From positions 105,144 through 169,143 of the forward strand of contig CALNXW010000016.1 in assembly GCA_942490685.1 (NCBI GenBank): DNA of 64,000 nucleotides, written 5' to 3'. Both the position numbers and the translations under genes were made by a program. Below, in pieces: positions 18,971 to 29,969 of this stretch. The notes below the pieces were generated by a model. That model was not told the DNA's origin, searched no databases, and saw only the letters and a program-made list of their open reading frames with translations. This DNA is from an uncultured bacterium (GTDB lineage Bacteria; Bacteroidota; Ignavibacteria; Kapaibacteriales; UBA2268). The first letter of the stretch is position 1. Each line of letters begins with the position of its first letter.

Positions 18971-21736
18971 CTATTTTGAAACTATTATTTGAGTAGAGTA
19001 TTGTCTATTTGGTAATTCTATCACCAAAGTATAAGTACCTGATGCTAAATTGGTTGCATCAAATTCCAGAAACTTGTCTTCTTTATTACAAATTCCTTCA
19101 AAAAGTGACTTTATAAACTGCCCTTCAGCACTATATAGTACTACAGTTATGTGTGATGTATATGGTAATTCTACCTGTATATTGGTAGTAGCTTGCACCG
19201 GATTTGGAGATACTTTTATAATATTCTTTGAATCTTTTTCTGCAACACTTATATCTGTATCCGCATAACCGGCAAATAAACATGAATACTTAGCATTAGA
19301 GCTCTCGATGATAAGAGAATCTACTTTAGTACCAGCTGTATCTTTAGGCTCAAAGTATGCTATAATCGTTTTAGAGTGTCCAACCTTAAGAACTGAGCCA
19401 ATCAGTGAGTTGTCAACTGCAAAATGATTGCCGTCTGATAAATAAATAGATACGATATCTATGTCCACATTTCCATCGTTTGTTATTTCTAATTGTTCAG
19501 AGGCTTTTTCGCCCAGAATTACCTTTCCAAAATCTAAAATACCACCTTTATTAATTGTCAGAACTTCTTTCTCTTCAAATGCTTTTCCTTTCAAAATCCA
19601 AGTGTGTACTATATTGTCAGTTGTAATTCTAAGTGTATCTGTATCTTTATCTGAACTTACAGTTGGAGCGTACCTGATAGGAATGTCAATAGATTCTCCT
19701 TTTAAGATTTTCTGCTCTTCAAAATCATATAGTAAATTAAACTTACTTCCGTTACTTAACGTTACAGAGTGTATGTTATAGTTAATATCTGCTATATTCT
19801 TAAATGTTAGAATCTGGTCAGTAGTAGAAGTGATATTAATTTTTCCAAAATCAAGATTCTCTTCGGTTTCGAGTTCCAGTAAGTTAGGATAGTATTTAAT
19901 CTGATCTAAAGTTACATTACCAACATAATCAGCAACAAAGAAGTTTAGCTCTGCATATTCATATAAATCCTCAACTTCTAAAGTGATTTCATAATTATCG
20001 TGAGGTGCAAATTCCCACTCAAAATCTAACTGTGGATTTTTGAAGTTTATTGAAGAAAGTCCGTATTGGTTGTCTATATAGTTGATTGGAGCAAACCAAA
20101 CTTTCGAATCTACCTGATTGATATTATCACCGTAAAAAGTTCTGTTTTCTTCTATTCTAATTTTCCAAGATCCTGAGTTGGATTCCTTGTTATCATATGT
20201 TACTACTGGGGCAAGAGTATCAATTTCATTAATAGGTTTGTTTGCAAATGACGCAGTCCAGCCATAACAATCAACTGATTTTATACCATAGATAAAAGCA
20301 CTAAATTTGACATTCCCGTTTCCTTTAATCTGATAAGCTCCCTGTTTAATTTTAATTTTCGCCCAGTACAGATTAGTTCCCGGAATTTGATTAGTTTTAA
20401 AACTTGGCATCAAATCAGATATTTTTTGATCATTTATAGTTAGCGATTCTAAATCTGATTTGTCTTTGGTGTCCGAATTATGCTGAACAATTATATTGAG
20501 GAAATTTTCAGCATATGTTTTATTACTTGGAGTCTGTACCATTGTATGTGTGACATACTGTTCAACCGGAGCCACAACAAACATGAATGGATCGTAGCTA
20601 GATTCATCCCAGCTTCCCGAATAAGAATATTGCATTAATAAGAAAGGTTTATCTGCTTCAAAAACTGAAGTACCGGTTATTGATTTGGTTTCTGCAGAAA
20701 CGGACATTGCAGGAGAAATCTCCTGGAAATCACCTGCAGTTTGTAAAGTTCCTGAAAAGTTATTTATAAGCTCTTTTGTTTCAAGGTCGTACCAATGAAC
20801 TTCATATGTTGTGTTATCTTCGACACTAACTAATCTGAAGAGATCTCCCTTTTTTGAACCTCCTCTATCTATAGATAGTGAAGCATATTTTTTCCCTAAA
20901 TTTTTAGTAGCGGGAATCATCTCAGACAAATGATCTCTGGAGGAAGACATAAAAATTGGAATTACAGCTCTGATATGATAAGAAATCAAGCCGATTGGTT
21001 TGTCCGCAGTGATTTTGGTTCCGGAAATATCAAACTCACCTCTAGTTAGGCCATCAGATTCTACTTGATAGACTTCTCCTTCATTAATATTGAAAGAAAT
21101 GCTATCGCCAATAGATTTTGTTGTACCCTTTAAGGTTGCAACTGATTTACTTCCATAACCTCTCAGGTTTACATTTACTTTGGTTTTTTCTTCAGAACCT
21201 CATACTAAAAAACCACCTGCAAAAGTATTTGTTGTACTTTCGAAATTGTCATAATAGCTTCAATGCAAATATTCTTTGCCCCAGTGATCCACAGGTATTG
21301 CCATATAACCATCAGATGTAGTCGACTTCATGTTTAAGACAAATACACTAATTGGTAAGTCTGCTTCGAGAGTAATGGTCTTGTTCAATGCTTTATTAGG
21401 TTCTCTGATTTCTGCTTTAGATTTTAGAATTCCGGCAGCATCATCTAAGACTAAAACTTCACCTGCGATGATATCATGGGAACTTTTTTTTCCATAAACA
21501 TCTACGTTGACTTTAGTGTCAGTAGGAGAAGATACATATACTTCTAAAGCTGAATCACTCCACCCGAAAGAAGCAGATTCGTTTGGAGGAAATGCTAAAA
21601 TGTATTTCTTTCCAAGCTGATAATTCCCAATTTTAGATTGATTCAGCAAATCTTGCTTGATTTGTGTCTTGAGATCATTTGCATATCCAATGATAGGCAA
21701 AAGTGCAGATAATAAAATAAGTATAAAAGTTCTCAT
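18971..21736 (-). pseudogene. IgGFc/ASH/T9SS paralogue copy 3, a single 921-codon frame interrupted by two in-frame TGA
   Basis: ORFs 21260-21736 and 18971-20989 are in the same frame. Manual reading gives ...EYLH-TGA(21262-21260)-SYYDNFESTTNTFAGGFLV-TGA(21202-21200)-GSEEKTK..., with no frameshift. Confidence 0.85.
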
Positions 21737-21907
21737 AACGTGTCCCGTATTTTTATTAGAATCATTTCTTATAAAGACACATAAAAAGATAAAACATCAC
21801 AAAAAAATATAGCAAAAATGATCAAAAACACAAATAAAATGAGATATGAAAAATAAAATGTGTATGAATATAGACAAACGAAATTTTGATGTGAAATAAA
21901 TTTGACA

Positions 21908-21944
21908 AATTCGCTGCTTGTTTTTAGTAATCAAGCAGCGAATT
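21908..21944 (-). terminator. 13-bp perfect hairpin, probable terminator of copy 4
   Basis: AATTCGCTGCTTG/CAAGCAGCGAATT, 13 nt downstream of the stop at 21958. Confidence 0.7.
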
Positions 21945-21957
21945 GTTCGTTTAGCCA

Positions 21958-24762
21958 TTATTTTGAAATGATTAAAGGAGTTATAAATTTCGAGTTGTCA
22001 AATTCTATTATTAGATTATATATACCTGATGCTATATCACTGGCATCAAGATCAAAATTAATTTCTCCTTTATTGCAGATTGCATCATAGAGGTCTTTAA
22101 CAAGCTGACCTTTCACATCAAACAGTTTTGCTTTTAAATGAGAAGTTGATTCTATTTTTACAGTAATTTTAGCATTATCATGCAACGGATTTGGCGATAT
22201 TGATATAAGCTTTGCAGCATTTTCAAAAACGCTTATATCATCATCAGCTTTGCCTCTGACTGGATATGAGTATGTTAAAATTGAAGTTGTAACAACTATA
22301 GTATCTCTGTCTAAATCAGATTTTGCTTTTGGTGAATAAGACACTGTCAATTCCAAGCTGTTTCCTGCAGCAAGTTTAGAACTATTATGTTCATCTGAAG
22401 TGTTAAATATAGTACCTTCTTTCATTTGGATCGTTTGTATATCAATTTCTGTTTGCCCGTTATTTTTAATATTTAGGGACTTATCTTTTGACTCATTTAT
22501 GGTTATAGTTCCGAAATCCAGCATTTTCCCTTCAAAATCAAGAATCTCTTCATCTGAGAAAGCAGAACCTTTGATAGTCCAAGTATGAGTAAGATTGTCA
22601 GTTTCGATAGTCAAAACAGCCTTATCTTCAGTTGCAATACTTTTTGGAGAATAAACTATTTCAAGATCAAATGACTCGTCTTTTTTCAAAGACTCTACTT
22701 CATCAACATTTTGAAGTACAAATATTTGTCCGCCCGAGAGACTTATATTCTTGATATTATAATCGATATCAGAAGAATTTCTAAATGTTAGTTTATTTAT
22801 TTTCTCATTTTTAACTGGAATTGCCCCAAAATCAATCGCCTGAGGATTTGATAAACTAAGAAGATTAGGGAAGTATTTAACATTAGCTATTGAAATATTT
22901 CCTACATAATCTGCTACGTAAAAGTTAGTTTCAGCATACTTCGAAGAATCTTTAACTTCAAGATTTACTATATAGTCATCATGGCCTTCGTATTTCCATT
23001 CAAAATCAGTATATGGTTCTTTAAAGTTGGTACTCATAAATTCACTACTACTGTCAATTAGAGTAATAGGTTTGTACCATACTTTAGTATCTGTATAATG
23101 AAAGCCTTCTTCTTCACCGGGATATGACCTGTTTTCTTCGATTCTAATTTTCCATTTTGTAGGATAAGGTATATCATTCAAAAAAGATATCTTTGGCGCC
23201 ATTGTATCAGCAGTATTTTGAGGTTTCGATGCCATAATAGCAGGAGAACCATAATTTACAAACGAACTTTTGCTCTGAACATAGGCTCCAAATTCAACTG
23301 TTCCGTCGCCTTCTATTTCATGATGACCAGTTGCAATTTGTATCTGCGCCCAATATAAATCTGTTCCCGGCACTTTATTAGAAAGCAAAGTAGGATATAT
23401 TTGATCTAAATACTGACCATCCAATTTCACTGATTTTAAACCATCAAGTTGCTTATCTTCAGGATCTGCTTTTACCAGTAAATGCAAATAATTTTCAGAA
23501 GCGCCATCTAAGTCTGGTGCTTGAATAACAGCATGTTTAGCATATTGATTTAGAGGAGGCACTAGCCACATAAAAGAGTCAAAACCTGAGTTATCCCAAG
23601 CTCTGCTATATGAATATTGCATCAGCTGGATTGGTTTGTCAGCTTCGAAAACAGAAATACCTGTGATAGACTTATCTGATTCAGAAATAGACATAACCGA
23701 AGAGTAGTCCTCAAAGTTACCTGCTTTTGAAAGAAATACTGTTTTACTTCCGATTAGTTGCTTGGATTCAAAATCATACCATTTAAAGGATACATTAGTG
23801 TTGTCCTCAGTTGCAATCATCCTGAAAAGGTCGCCTTTTTTAGAACCATTTCTTTCCATAGCCAAAGATGCATAGCTTTTACCCATAGATTCTACAGGAG
23901 GCAACATTTCTGACAGGTGCTTACCCATAGAACTATTAGCTAAACCGGGTATTACAGCATTTGTGTGGTACGAAATTACACCGATAGGTTTATCAGCACT
24001 GATTTTTGTGCCTGACAAGTCATATGCTGCATTTGTTTCACCATTACCTTCTATTTGGTATACTTCTCCTTCGTGGAGAGTAAAAGAGAACTCGTCTCCA
24101 ATAGTTTTTGAAGGATCATTTTTTAAATGACCATCATTAGTATTAGAACGGCCTTTAAGTTCAATCTGAACTTTAGTACCATCTTCAGATCCTAGCACTA
24201 AAAAACCACCAGAATACTTATAATAGGTAGAGTAACTGTGATCATAGTAACTGCAATGTCTATATTCTTTACCCCAAAATTCAACCGGAATGGCCTTATA
24301 CATATCAGCCGAGTAAGATTGGGAGTTCAGTACATAAACACTGATAGGCATATCTGCCTCTATTGTAATAGTTTTATCCATGTTAGTGTTAGGCGTTCTA
24401 CATTCTGTAGTTGTAGCGCTAATCCCGACATTATCATCTAAATAGAGAACTTCTCCTGCCTTCACAGTTTTTTTATGATTTGTTCCCATTATGTTGATAT
24501 TGATATTTGCATTGGTTTTAGAAGCAATGCTCAATCTGATCTTGCTTTGTCCCCATCCGGATTCTCTACCGTTTGGTGGAATTGCAATTATAAATTTTTG
24601 ACCTTCATGATAATTTCCAATCAAAAACTCATTTTCAAGCTTAGATTTTAGATCATCTATAATACTCTCTTGAGCGATAGCAGTAATGAAACAGGATGCA
24701 ATAATAGTGATTATAATTAGTAACTTCTTCACATTAAACCCCCTAAGTTTATAAAAAGACAA
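21958..24762 (-). CDS. IgGFc-binding-domain / ASH T9SS cargo protein, copy 4 (most divergent; true start probably ~30 nt downstream)
   Basis: HCSYYD, KHLSEMLPP, KKGDLFRM motifs; ASH repeats; CTD ISPNP...GIYNL...LIISK. Confidence 0.8.
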   Translation of the reverse strand: MSFYKLRGFNVKKLLIIITIIASCFITAIAQESIIDDLKSKLENEFLIGNYHEGQKFIIAIPPNGRESGWGQSKIRLSIASKTNANININIMGTNHKKTVKAGEVLYLDDNVGISATTTECRTPNTNMDKTITIEADMPISVYVLNSQSYSADMYKAIPVEFWGKEYRHCSYYDHSYSTYYKYSGGFLVLGSEDGTKVQIELKGRSNTNDGHLKNDPSKTIGDEFSFTLHEGEVYQIEGNGETNAAYDLSGTKISADKPIGVISYHTNAVIPGLANSSMGKHLSEMLPPVESMGKSYASLAMERNGSKKGDLFRMIATEDNTNVSFKWYDFESKQLIGSKTVFLSKAGNFEDYSSVMSISESDKSITGISVFEADKPIQLMQYSYSRAWDNSGFDSFMWLVPPLNQYAKHAVIQAPDLDGASENYLHLLVKADPEDKQLDGLKSVKLDGQYLDQIYPTLLSNKVPGTDLYWAQIQIATGHHEIEGDGTVEFGAYVQSKSSFVNYGSPAIMASKPQNTADTMAPKISFLNDIPYPTKWKIRIEENRSYPGEEEGFHYTDTKVWYKPITLIDSSSEFMSTNFKEPYTDFEWKYEGHDDYIVNLEVKDSSKYAETNFYVADYVGNISIANVKYFPNLLSLSNPQAIDFGAIPVKNEKINKLTFRNSSDIDYNIKNISLSGGQIFVLQNVDEVESLKKDESFDLEIVYSPKSIATEDKAVLTIETDNLTHTWTIKGSAFSDEEILDFEGKMLDFGTITINESKDKSLNIKNNGQTEIDIQTIQMKEGTIFNTSDEHNSSKLAAGNSLELTVSYSPKAKSDLDRDTIVVTTSILTYSYPVRGKADDDISVFENAAKLISISPNPLHDNAKITVKIESTSHLKAKLFDVKGQLVKDLYDAICNKGEINFDLDASDIASGIYNLIIEFDNSKFITPLIISK

Positions 24763-25079
24763 TCATCTAGAATAACAGATAAATCTTCAAAATGTTACAC
24801 TATTTATTATATTGTATTTATTTTTTACAAAAACACACTGTTTAAATTATCTTATAATGTATCGTGTTAAATAATATAGTGTTTTTTTATCTTATTACCT
24901 ACTCTATTAGTCCTATTATAAATAAAAAATTGAAAACAAAATCAGCTTTGATGTGTATCTTTTTGATAAGATATTTTAATTGCACCGGCAAAGAAATACT
25001 CTAAACATTGTTTGAAATAAAATGTCTACATTTGTAGAATTATTCTGTACTCATATTTAATTCTAACATAAGGAACCTG

Positions 25080-27422
25080 ATGTTTATAAATAATATTGTA
25101 ATCATAAGATTTCGTCTTTTGATATTTGCTGTAGTGGCTTGCTTCTTAGGTGTTACTATTTTGGAAGCTGCTGATATATCGGGTACGGTAAAAGAAGAAA
25201 AGACAGGTGAATTTGTCATTAGTGCTACCGTTGCGCTATATAAGGACAGTATTCACTCAGCTTCAAAACCGGTAACGGGTGCCTATACTAATAAATTTGG
25301 TTTTTTCTCTATACCAAATGTTAAAAAAGGAACTTATAAACTATTATTCACTAGAGTTGATAAGCATCCTAAAGTATACGATATAGAGATGAATGAAGAA
25401 AATATATACCTCAAGGTAGATATGGCTGATAAAACTTCTCAAACTGAGAAAGTGATAGTAGAAGCCAAAAGAGAGCTCAAATCAACACGAACTATAAGTT
25501 CTGTAGAAGTTGATCCTGAGTTTATAAGCAAAATGCCTTCTATTGGCGGAGAGACAGATATATTTAGAACTTTACAGCTTCTTCCTGGGGTTCAGCAAAA
25601 TTCTGAGCTTTCAAGTGGACTATATGTAAGAGGAGGGAGCCCTGATCAAAACTTAACTCTATTGGATGGGGTGATTGTTTATAATCCCTCACATCTAGGC
25701 GGATTTTTAAGTTCATTCAATGCAGACGCTATTAGAAATATAAATTTGATTAAAGGCGCTTACCCGGCTGAGTTCGGCGGTAGGATTTCTTCTGTACTTG
25801 ATTTGAGTATGAAAGAAGGAACAAAAGAAAAAATTTCCGGGCAGGGGGGAGTTAGCTTAGTTAGCACTCGCATGACTGTAGAAGGTCCATTAAGCGATAA
25901 CTCAACATTTATGATTTCCGGTCGTAGGATGTACCTGGATTTGATTTTGTCATTGGCTAATGAAAAAGAAGCTCCCGAGTACTATTTTTATGACTATAAC
26001 ATCAAATCAAATATTCAGTTGGGTAAAAATGACAGACTTTTTGTGAGCGGCTATTTTGGAAGTGATGTTTTAAATGAGTCTGAGCGTGAGAGAGAACGTG
26101 ATGATGATGATTTTTCAATAGACTGGGGAAATAAGACAGCTAATGTCAGATGGATGCATATAGCATCTTCCAAGCTGTTTACGAACTTCTCCTTTATTTA
26201 TACTAATTACAATTTTAGATCTAAATTGGAAGATAACGGAAAGACATATCAGTCTGAAAGCGGGATTGAAGATTTTATGCTGAAAGCAGATATGGAGTAT
26301 TTTCCTACCAAAAAACATAAAATAAAATCAGGTATAGAAGCAATCTACCATCAGTTTAAAGTAAATACTTTAGAAGGCTTAGGTGAAAGTATAGATGATT
26401 TATTTGATAATAGACGAGATATCAATTCAACAGATATTTCTTTATATTTACAAGACGAATGGACCGCAACTGATGATTTAACTGCAAATCTTGGTTTGAG
26501 AGCTAATTATTTTACATCAGGGAGTTATTTTAATGTTGAACCACGCCTCTCAGGCACGTATGATGTTGGCAACGGTCATATTTTGAAAGGAGCTCTAGCA
26601 TGGTGCCATCAACCGATGCATCTTTTGCTTAGGTCTGAACTGACTCTTCCTACTGATGCTTGGGTTCCTGTAAATGATAAAATAAAACCTGCTGATTCAT
26701 GGCAGGCTGTTCTAGGTTACCAAACTACATTAAATAAAGATGCATATCTGTTTTCTGTAGAGGCATACTATAAACACATGAATAACTTATACGAGTATTC
26801 GGATACTGTGAAATTCTTTTCTACAAAAAATATTGAAGATCAGCTTGTAACAGGAACCGGTGAAGCTTATGGAGTTGAATTCTTTCTTAATAAACAAATC
26901 GGTGCTTTGACTGGGTGGGTAGGATATACTTTAGCCTGGACAAAAAGACAATTCGACGATTTGAATGATGGAGAGCCTTTTTACCCAAGATATGACAGAA
27001 GGCATGACGTCAGTGTTGTATTTACCTATAAGCTGGGCGAAAGCTGGGAATTAGGTCTTTCGTGGGTATATGGCACAGGGCAGGCATTTACTTTGCCAAC
27101 AGGTATGTTCTATGATTATAATTCATCGTATTCTTCTGAAAAATATGTTTATTCAAAGAAAAACGAATATAGAATGCCTGCATATCATAAGTTAGACTTA
27201 AACTTTATGTATAAATATCATTGGTTTGGTTTGCCTTTAGAGTTTTCGATAAATATCTATAATGCTTATAATAGGCTGAATCCTTTTGCCATATATTTAG
27301 ACAAAGATTATGTAACTGAATATGATTCTGATGGGAACTTTAAGGCAAAAAACGTAACTGAATTGAAGTCCATAACTCTGTTTCCGTTTATTCCGAGTTT
27401 TGGAATTAGTTTTAAATTTTAA
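25080..27422 (+). CDS. TonB-dependent receptor with an N-terminal carboxypeptidase-regulatory-like domain
   Basis: ISGTVKEEKTGE..ATV, GETDIFRTLQLLPGV, LYVRGGSPDQNL, YDRRH, PAYHKLD motifs. TACATTTG promoter motif at 25027-25034. Confidence 0.9.
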   Translation: MFINNIVIIRFRLLIFAVVACFLGVTILEAADISGTVKEEKTGEFVISATVALYKDSIHSASKPVTGAYTNKFGFFSIPNVKKGTYKLLFTRVDKHPKVYDIEMNEENIYLKVDMADKTSQTEKVIVEAKRELKSTRTISSVEVDPEFISKMPSIGGETDIFRTLQLLPGVQQNSELSSGLYVRGGSPDQNLTLLDGVIVYNPSHLGGFLSSFNADAIRNINLIKGAYPAEFGGRISSVLDLSMKEGTKEKISGQGGVSLVSTRMTVEGPLSDNSTFMISGRRMYLDLILSLANEKEAPEYYFYDYNIKSNIQLGKNDRLFVSGYFGSDVLNESERERERDDDDFSIDWGNKTANVRWMHIASSKLFTNFSFIYTNYNFRSKLEDNGKTYQSESGIEDFMLKADMEYFPTKKHKIKSGIEAIYHQFKVNTLEGLGESIDDLFDNRRDINSTDISLYLQDEWTATDDLTANLGLRANYFTSGSYFNVEPRLSGTYDVGNGHILKGALAWCHQPMHLLLRSELTLPTDAWVPVNDKIKPADSWQAVLGYQTTLNKDAYLFSVEAYYKHMNNLYEYSDTVKFFSTKNIEDQLVTGTGEAYGVEFFLNKQIGALTGWVGYTLAWTKRQFDDLNDGEPFYPRYDRRHDVSVVFTYKLGESWELGLSWVYGTGQAFTLPTGMFYDYNSSYSSEKYVYSKKNEYRMPAYHKLDLNFMYKYHWFGLPLEFSINIYNAYNRLNPFAIYLDKDYVTEYDSDGNFKAKNVTELKSITLFPFIPSFGISFKF

Positions 27423-27434
27423 AAGAGAAGAAAA

Positions 27435-28241
27435 ATGAAATATATATATGTTTTTATTGCTGCACTACTTATGTCCTCTTGTGAAAAAACACTGGATGAT
27501 GCTGTTATTCCTTATGTTGAGCAACTTGTAGTTTTTGCAATAGTAGAACCGGGGCAAAATGATTTAGAATTAAAGATCTCAAAAACGTTACCTGTGTTAG
27601 GATCAAGCAGTCCGGAGGATGGTCAGATTGATGATGTGACAGGCTATATTTCCGATGGCGAAAATACGTGGAATATAGAGTATAGATCTGATTTCGTTTA
27701 TGTTGCAAAAGGCTTTGAAGGTGTTGCAGGCCGGACTTATAATTTACAACTTAACTGGCGTGGCAAAAAGGTTGAATCCCGAACTATGATTCCGGAGGAA
27801 GACGCTATTGAGGCAAGTAATTATTATATTTATGAGTCAGAAGAATTAAATTGGAACGATGAGATGGAGATAAATAGTTATCTGATGGCACATTTCAAAG
27901 GCTCAGATAGATATGTATATACTATAGGACGTGATGATATTGACTCGCATTATGATAGGCGTTATTTTATATTGCCTGAAGGTAGAGCAGTCTCTCAAAT
28001 TGCATATCTTTATTCATATTTTCCTGAAGATACATATCCATTCAGAATAACTATTACAGATATTGCGTATTATGATTACCTGGAAAATGATAATGGTTCG
28101 AATAATGATTTCGATTTTTTCAGTATAGGTGGCCTTAATGTAGATTGGAATGTAGAAGGCGATGGTATAGGTATGTTTGTTGGAAGAAATTATTGGAGAG
28201 ATACAGTCCATTTGGATTCTATAGATGTAGTAAGGAACTAA
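27435..28241 (+). CDS. DUF4249-like lipoprotein partner of the TonB receptor
   Basis: Lipobox LMSSC; C-terminal NVEGDGIGMF; position directly after the receptor. Confidence 0.7.
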   Translation: MKYIYVFIAALLMSSCEKTLDDAVIPYVEQLVVFAIVEPGQNDLELKISKTLPVLGSSSPEDGQIDDVTGYISDGENTWNIEYRSDFVYVAKGFEGVAGRTYNLQLNWRGKKVESRTMIPEEDAIEASNYYIYESEELNWNDEMEINSYLMAHFKGSDRYVYTIGRDDIDSHYDRRYFILPEGRAVSQIAYLYSYFPEDTYPFRITITDIAYYDYLENDNGSNNDFDFFSIGGLNVDWNVEGDGIGMFVGRNYWRDTVHLDSIDVVRN

Positions 28242-28336
28242 AACATTCTTTGTGATCAAAGCAGTTTCAAAAAAATAATTTTAACTGCTTGCTTTTTGTC
28301 CTATTTTGCAGCAGTATTTATCATTGAGGTAAGAAA

Positions 28337-28987
28337 ATGAAGTGGAAAAAATCAATATCTGACATTAGACACGACTATGGTAAATTCAAACTGGATGAAG
28401 AGTCTATAAAGAAAGATCCTTTTGAACAATTTAAGATTTGGTTTGATGAAGCGGTTGAGAGTAAAGAATTTGTAGATCCTAATGCTGTGGCACTTTCCAC
28501 AGTTAGCCAAGACGGGATGCCGGATAGCCGAATTGTGCTTTTAAAGCAATATACTGAAGATGGGTTTATTTTCTTTACAAACTATGAAAGTCAAAAAGGT
28601 CAGGAACTATTAAATAATCCTAAAGGTTCTTTGCTTTTCTTTTGGGATAAGTTTGAAAGACAAGTTAGGATAAACGGTAGAGTTGAAAAAATCTCAGCAG
28701 AAGATTCTGATTTATATTTCCAGACAAGACCCTATGCAAGCAGAGTTGGAGCCTGGGCTTCAGAGCAATCTCAAGTTTTGAAAAGCAGATTCACTTTGAT
28801 GAGAAAAGTTGCTAAACTTACGTTTAAATATAAAACAAACGTTCCTCTGCCTCCGTTTTGGGGTGGGTACATCTTACGACCTGAAAAATTTGAATTTTGG
28901 CAGGGAAGAGAGAGCAGGTTGCATGACCGATTCAGATTCCTATTAAAAGAAGATTCATCATGGCAGATTGATAGACTTTCTCCGTAA
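28337..28987 (+). CDS. pdxH: Pyridoxamine 5'-phosphate oxidase
   Basis: RIVLLK, FFTNYESQKG, RQVRING, EFWQGRESRLHDR. Confidence 0.96.
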   Translation: MKWKKSISDIRHDYGKFKLDEESIKKDPFEQFKIWFDEAVESKEFVDPNAVALSTVSQDGMPDSRIVLLKQYTEDGFIFFTNYESQKGQELLNNPKGSLLFFWDKFERQVRINGRVEKISAEDSDLYFQTRPYASRVGAWASEQSQVLKSRFTLMRKVAKLTFKYKTNVPLPPFWGGYILRPEKFEFWQGRESRLHDRFRFLLKEDSSWQIDRLSP

Positions 28988-29017
28988 TACTGATTGCTTT
29001 TCTCTCTAGATATAGAT

Positions 29018-29058
29018 AAAAAAAAGTCGTATTTGAAAATCAAATCCGACTTTTTTTT
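29018..29058. terminator. Bidirectional terminator
   Basis: AAAAAGTCG.ATTTG/CAAAT.CGACTTTTT stem between convergent genes. Confidence 0.75.
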
Positions 29059-29079
29059 GTAAATTCTTCTAAGCTGGAA

Positions 29080-29799
29080 TTACTTCTTCTTAGAATTTTT
29101 AGCTTTGTTATGATGTCCCCAAACAGAAACTCTGAAAAGAGGTTGCTCTTCACTGTCTGTTTTGATTTTTAAAGTAGAGCTAAGTCTGTCGTCGTTAGTA
29201 GGAGTGTAAGTAGCTTCTACTTTAATTTTCCCTTTAGGAGGAATTGTTTGACCTTTATGTATATTCACCTCCAGATTTTCCATTTCTTTTGTGAATGAAA
29301 CATCTGTGATGCGTATTGGTTTGTCTGTTGTGTTGGAAATAGTTGTGTGAGCAGCAGCTAATTGACCAACCTGTAAGCTTCTAAAATTTAAAAATTTAGG
29401 AGAAGCAATAAGTGGCTGTTTTACATAACATTTTAGATAATATCTGGCATTCGATTTTTTAGGATCATTAGACATTACTTTGATTGTTTTGGTAACTGTA
29501 CCCTGGTAAGTTTTCATATTAAATGTTATATCAATTTCAGCCGTTTCATTTGGTTGAAGAGTATCTTTAGATATGGGAGCTACAGTACAGCCGCAAGTAG
29601 GTTTCACTTCTTTAATAATCAGCACCTCATTTCCTGTGTTTTTTACCTGAACCTTTGCTTTTAAAGGGCTATCCTTTGGCGTCACTTCTCCCCAGTCATA
29701 AGTATCTCCACCTATAAATTCTAGTTTTGGCTGAGCTAAGGCTGCCACAGTAGCCATAAATAAAAGAGCTATACTCCAAGTAAACAAGCTTCTCATCAT
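29080..29799 (-). CDS. DUF1573 (ASH-like Ig) domain protein
   Basis: Signal peptide; DWGEV; KPTCGCT motif; second Ig-like domain. Confidence 0.8.
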   Translation of the reverse strand: MMRSLFTWSIALLFMATVAALAQPKLEFIGGDTYDWGEVTPKDSPLKAKVQVKNTGNEVLIIKEVKPTCGCTVAPISKDTLQPNETAEIDITFNMKTYQGTVTKTIKVMSNDPKKSNARYYLKCYVKQPLIASPKFLNFRSLQVGQLAAAHTTISNTTDKPIRITDVSFTKEMENLEVNIHKGQTIPPKGKIKVEATYTPTNDDRLSSTLKIKTDSEEQPLFRVSVWGHHNKAKNSKKK

Positions 29800-29969
29800 A
29801 TTTCCCCGAATTGTTTTACTATAATTTGTACAAAAGTATTAAATATACACGTCAATAAAAAGAATTAATCTCTACTAAAAAATTATTAAACTGCTTATCC
29901 GTAATATTGTTTATACCATTAATATATACATTGAAATAAGAAAAAAGTTTCAAAAAAATTGGTGACAAT

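Noticed and set aside
21200-21262. Genome-wide TGA reassignment (code 4 or 25)
   Set aside because: The TGAs sit at conserved Cys and Leu positions, not Trp or Gly. Other genes are full length under code 11, and TGA ends 54308-56620 at a normal CTD terminus.
26085-26112. ERERERDDDD microsatellite-like tract in the TonB receptor
   Set aside because: Short, imperfect and in frame; no evidence of phase variation.
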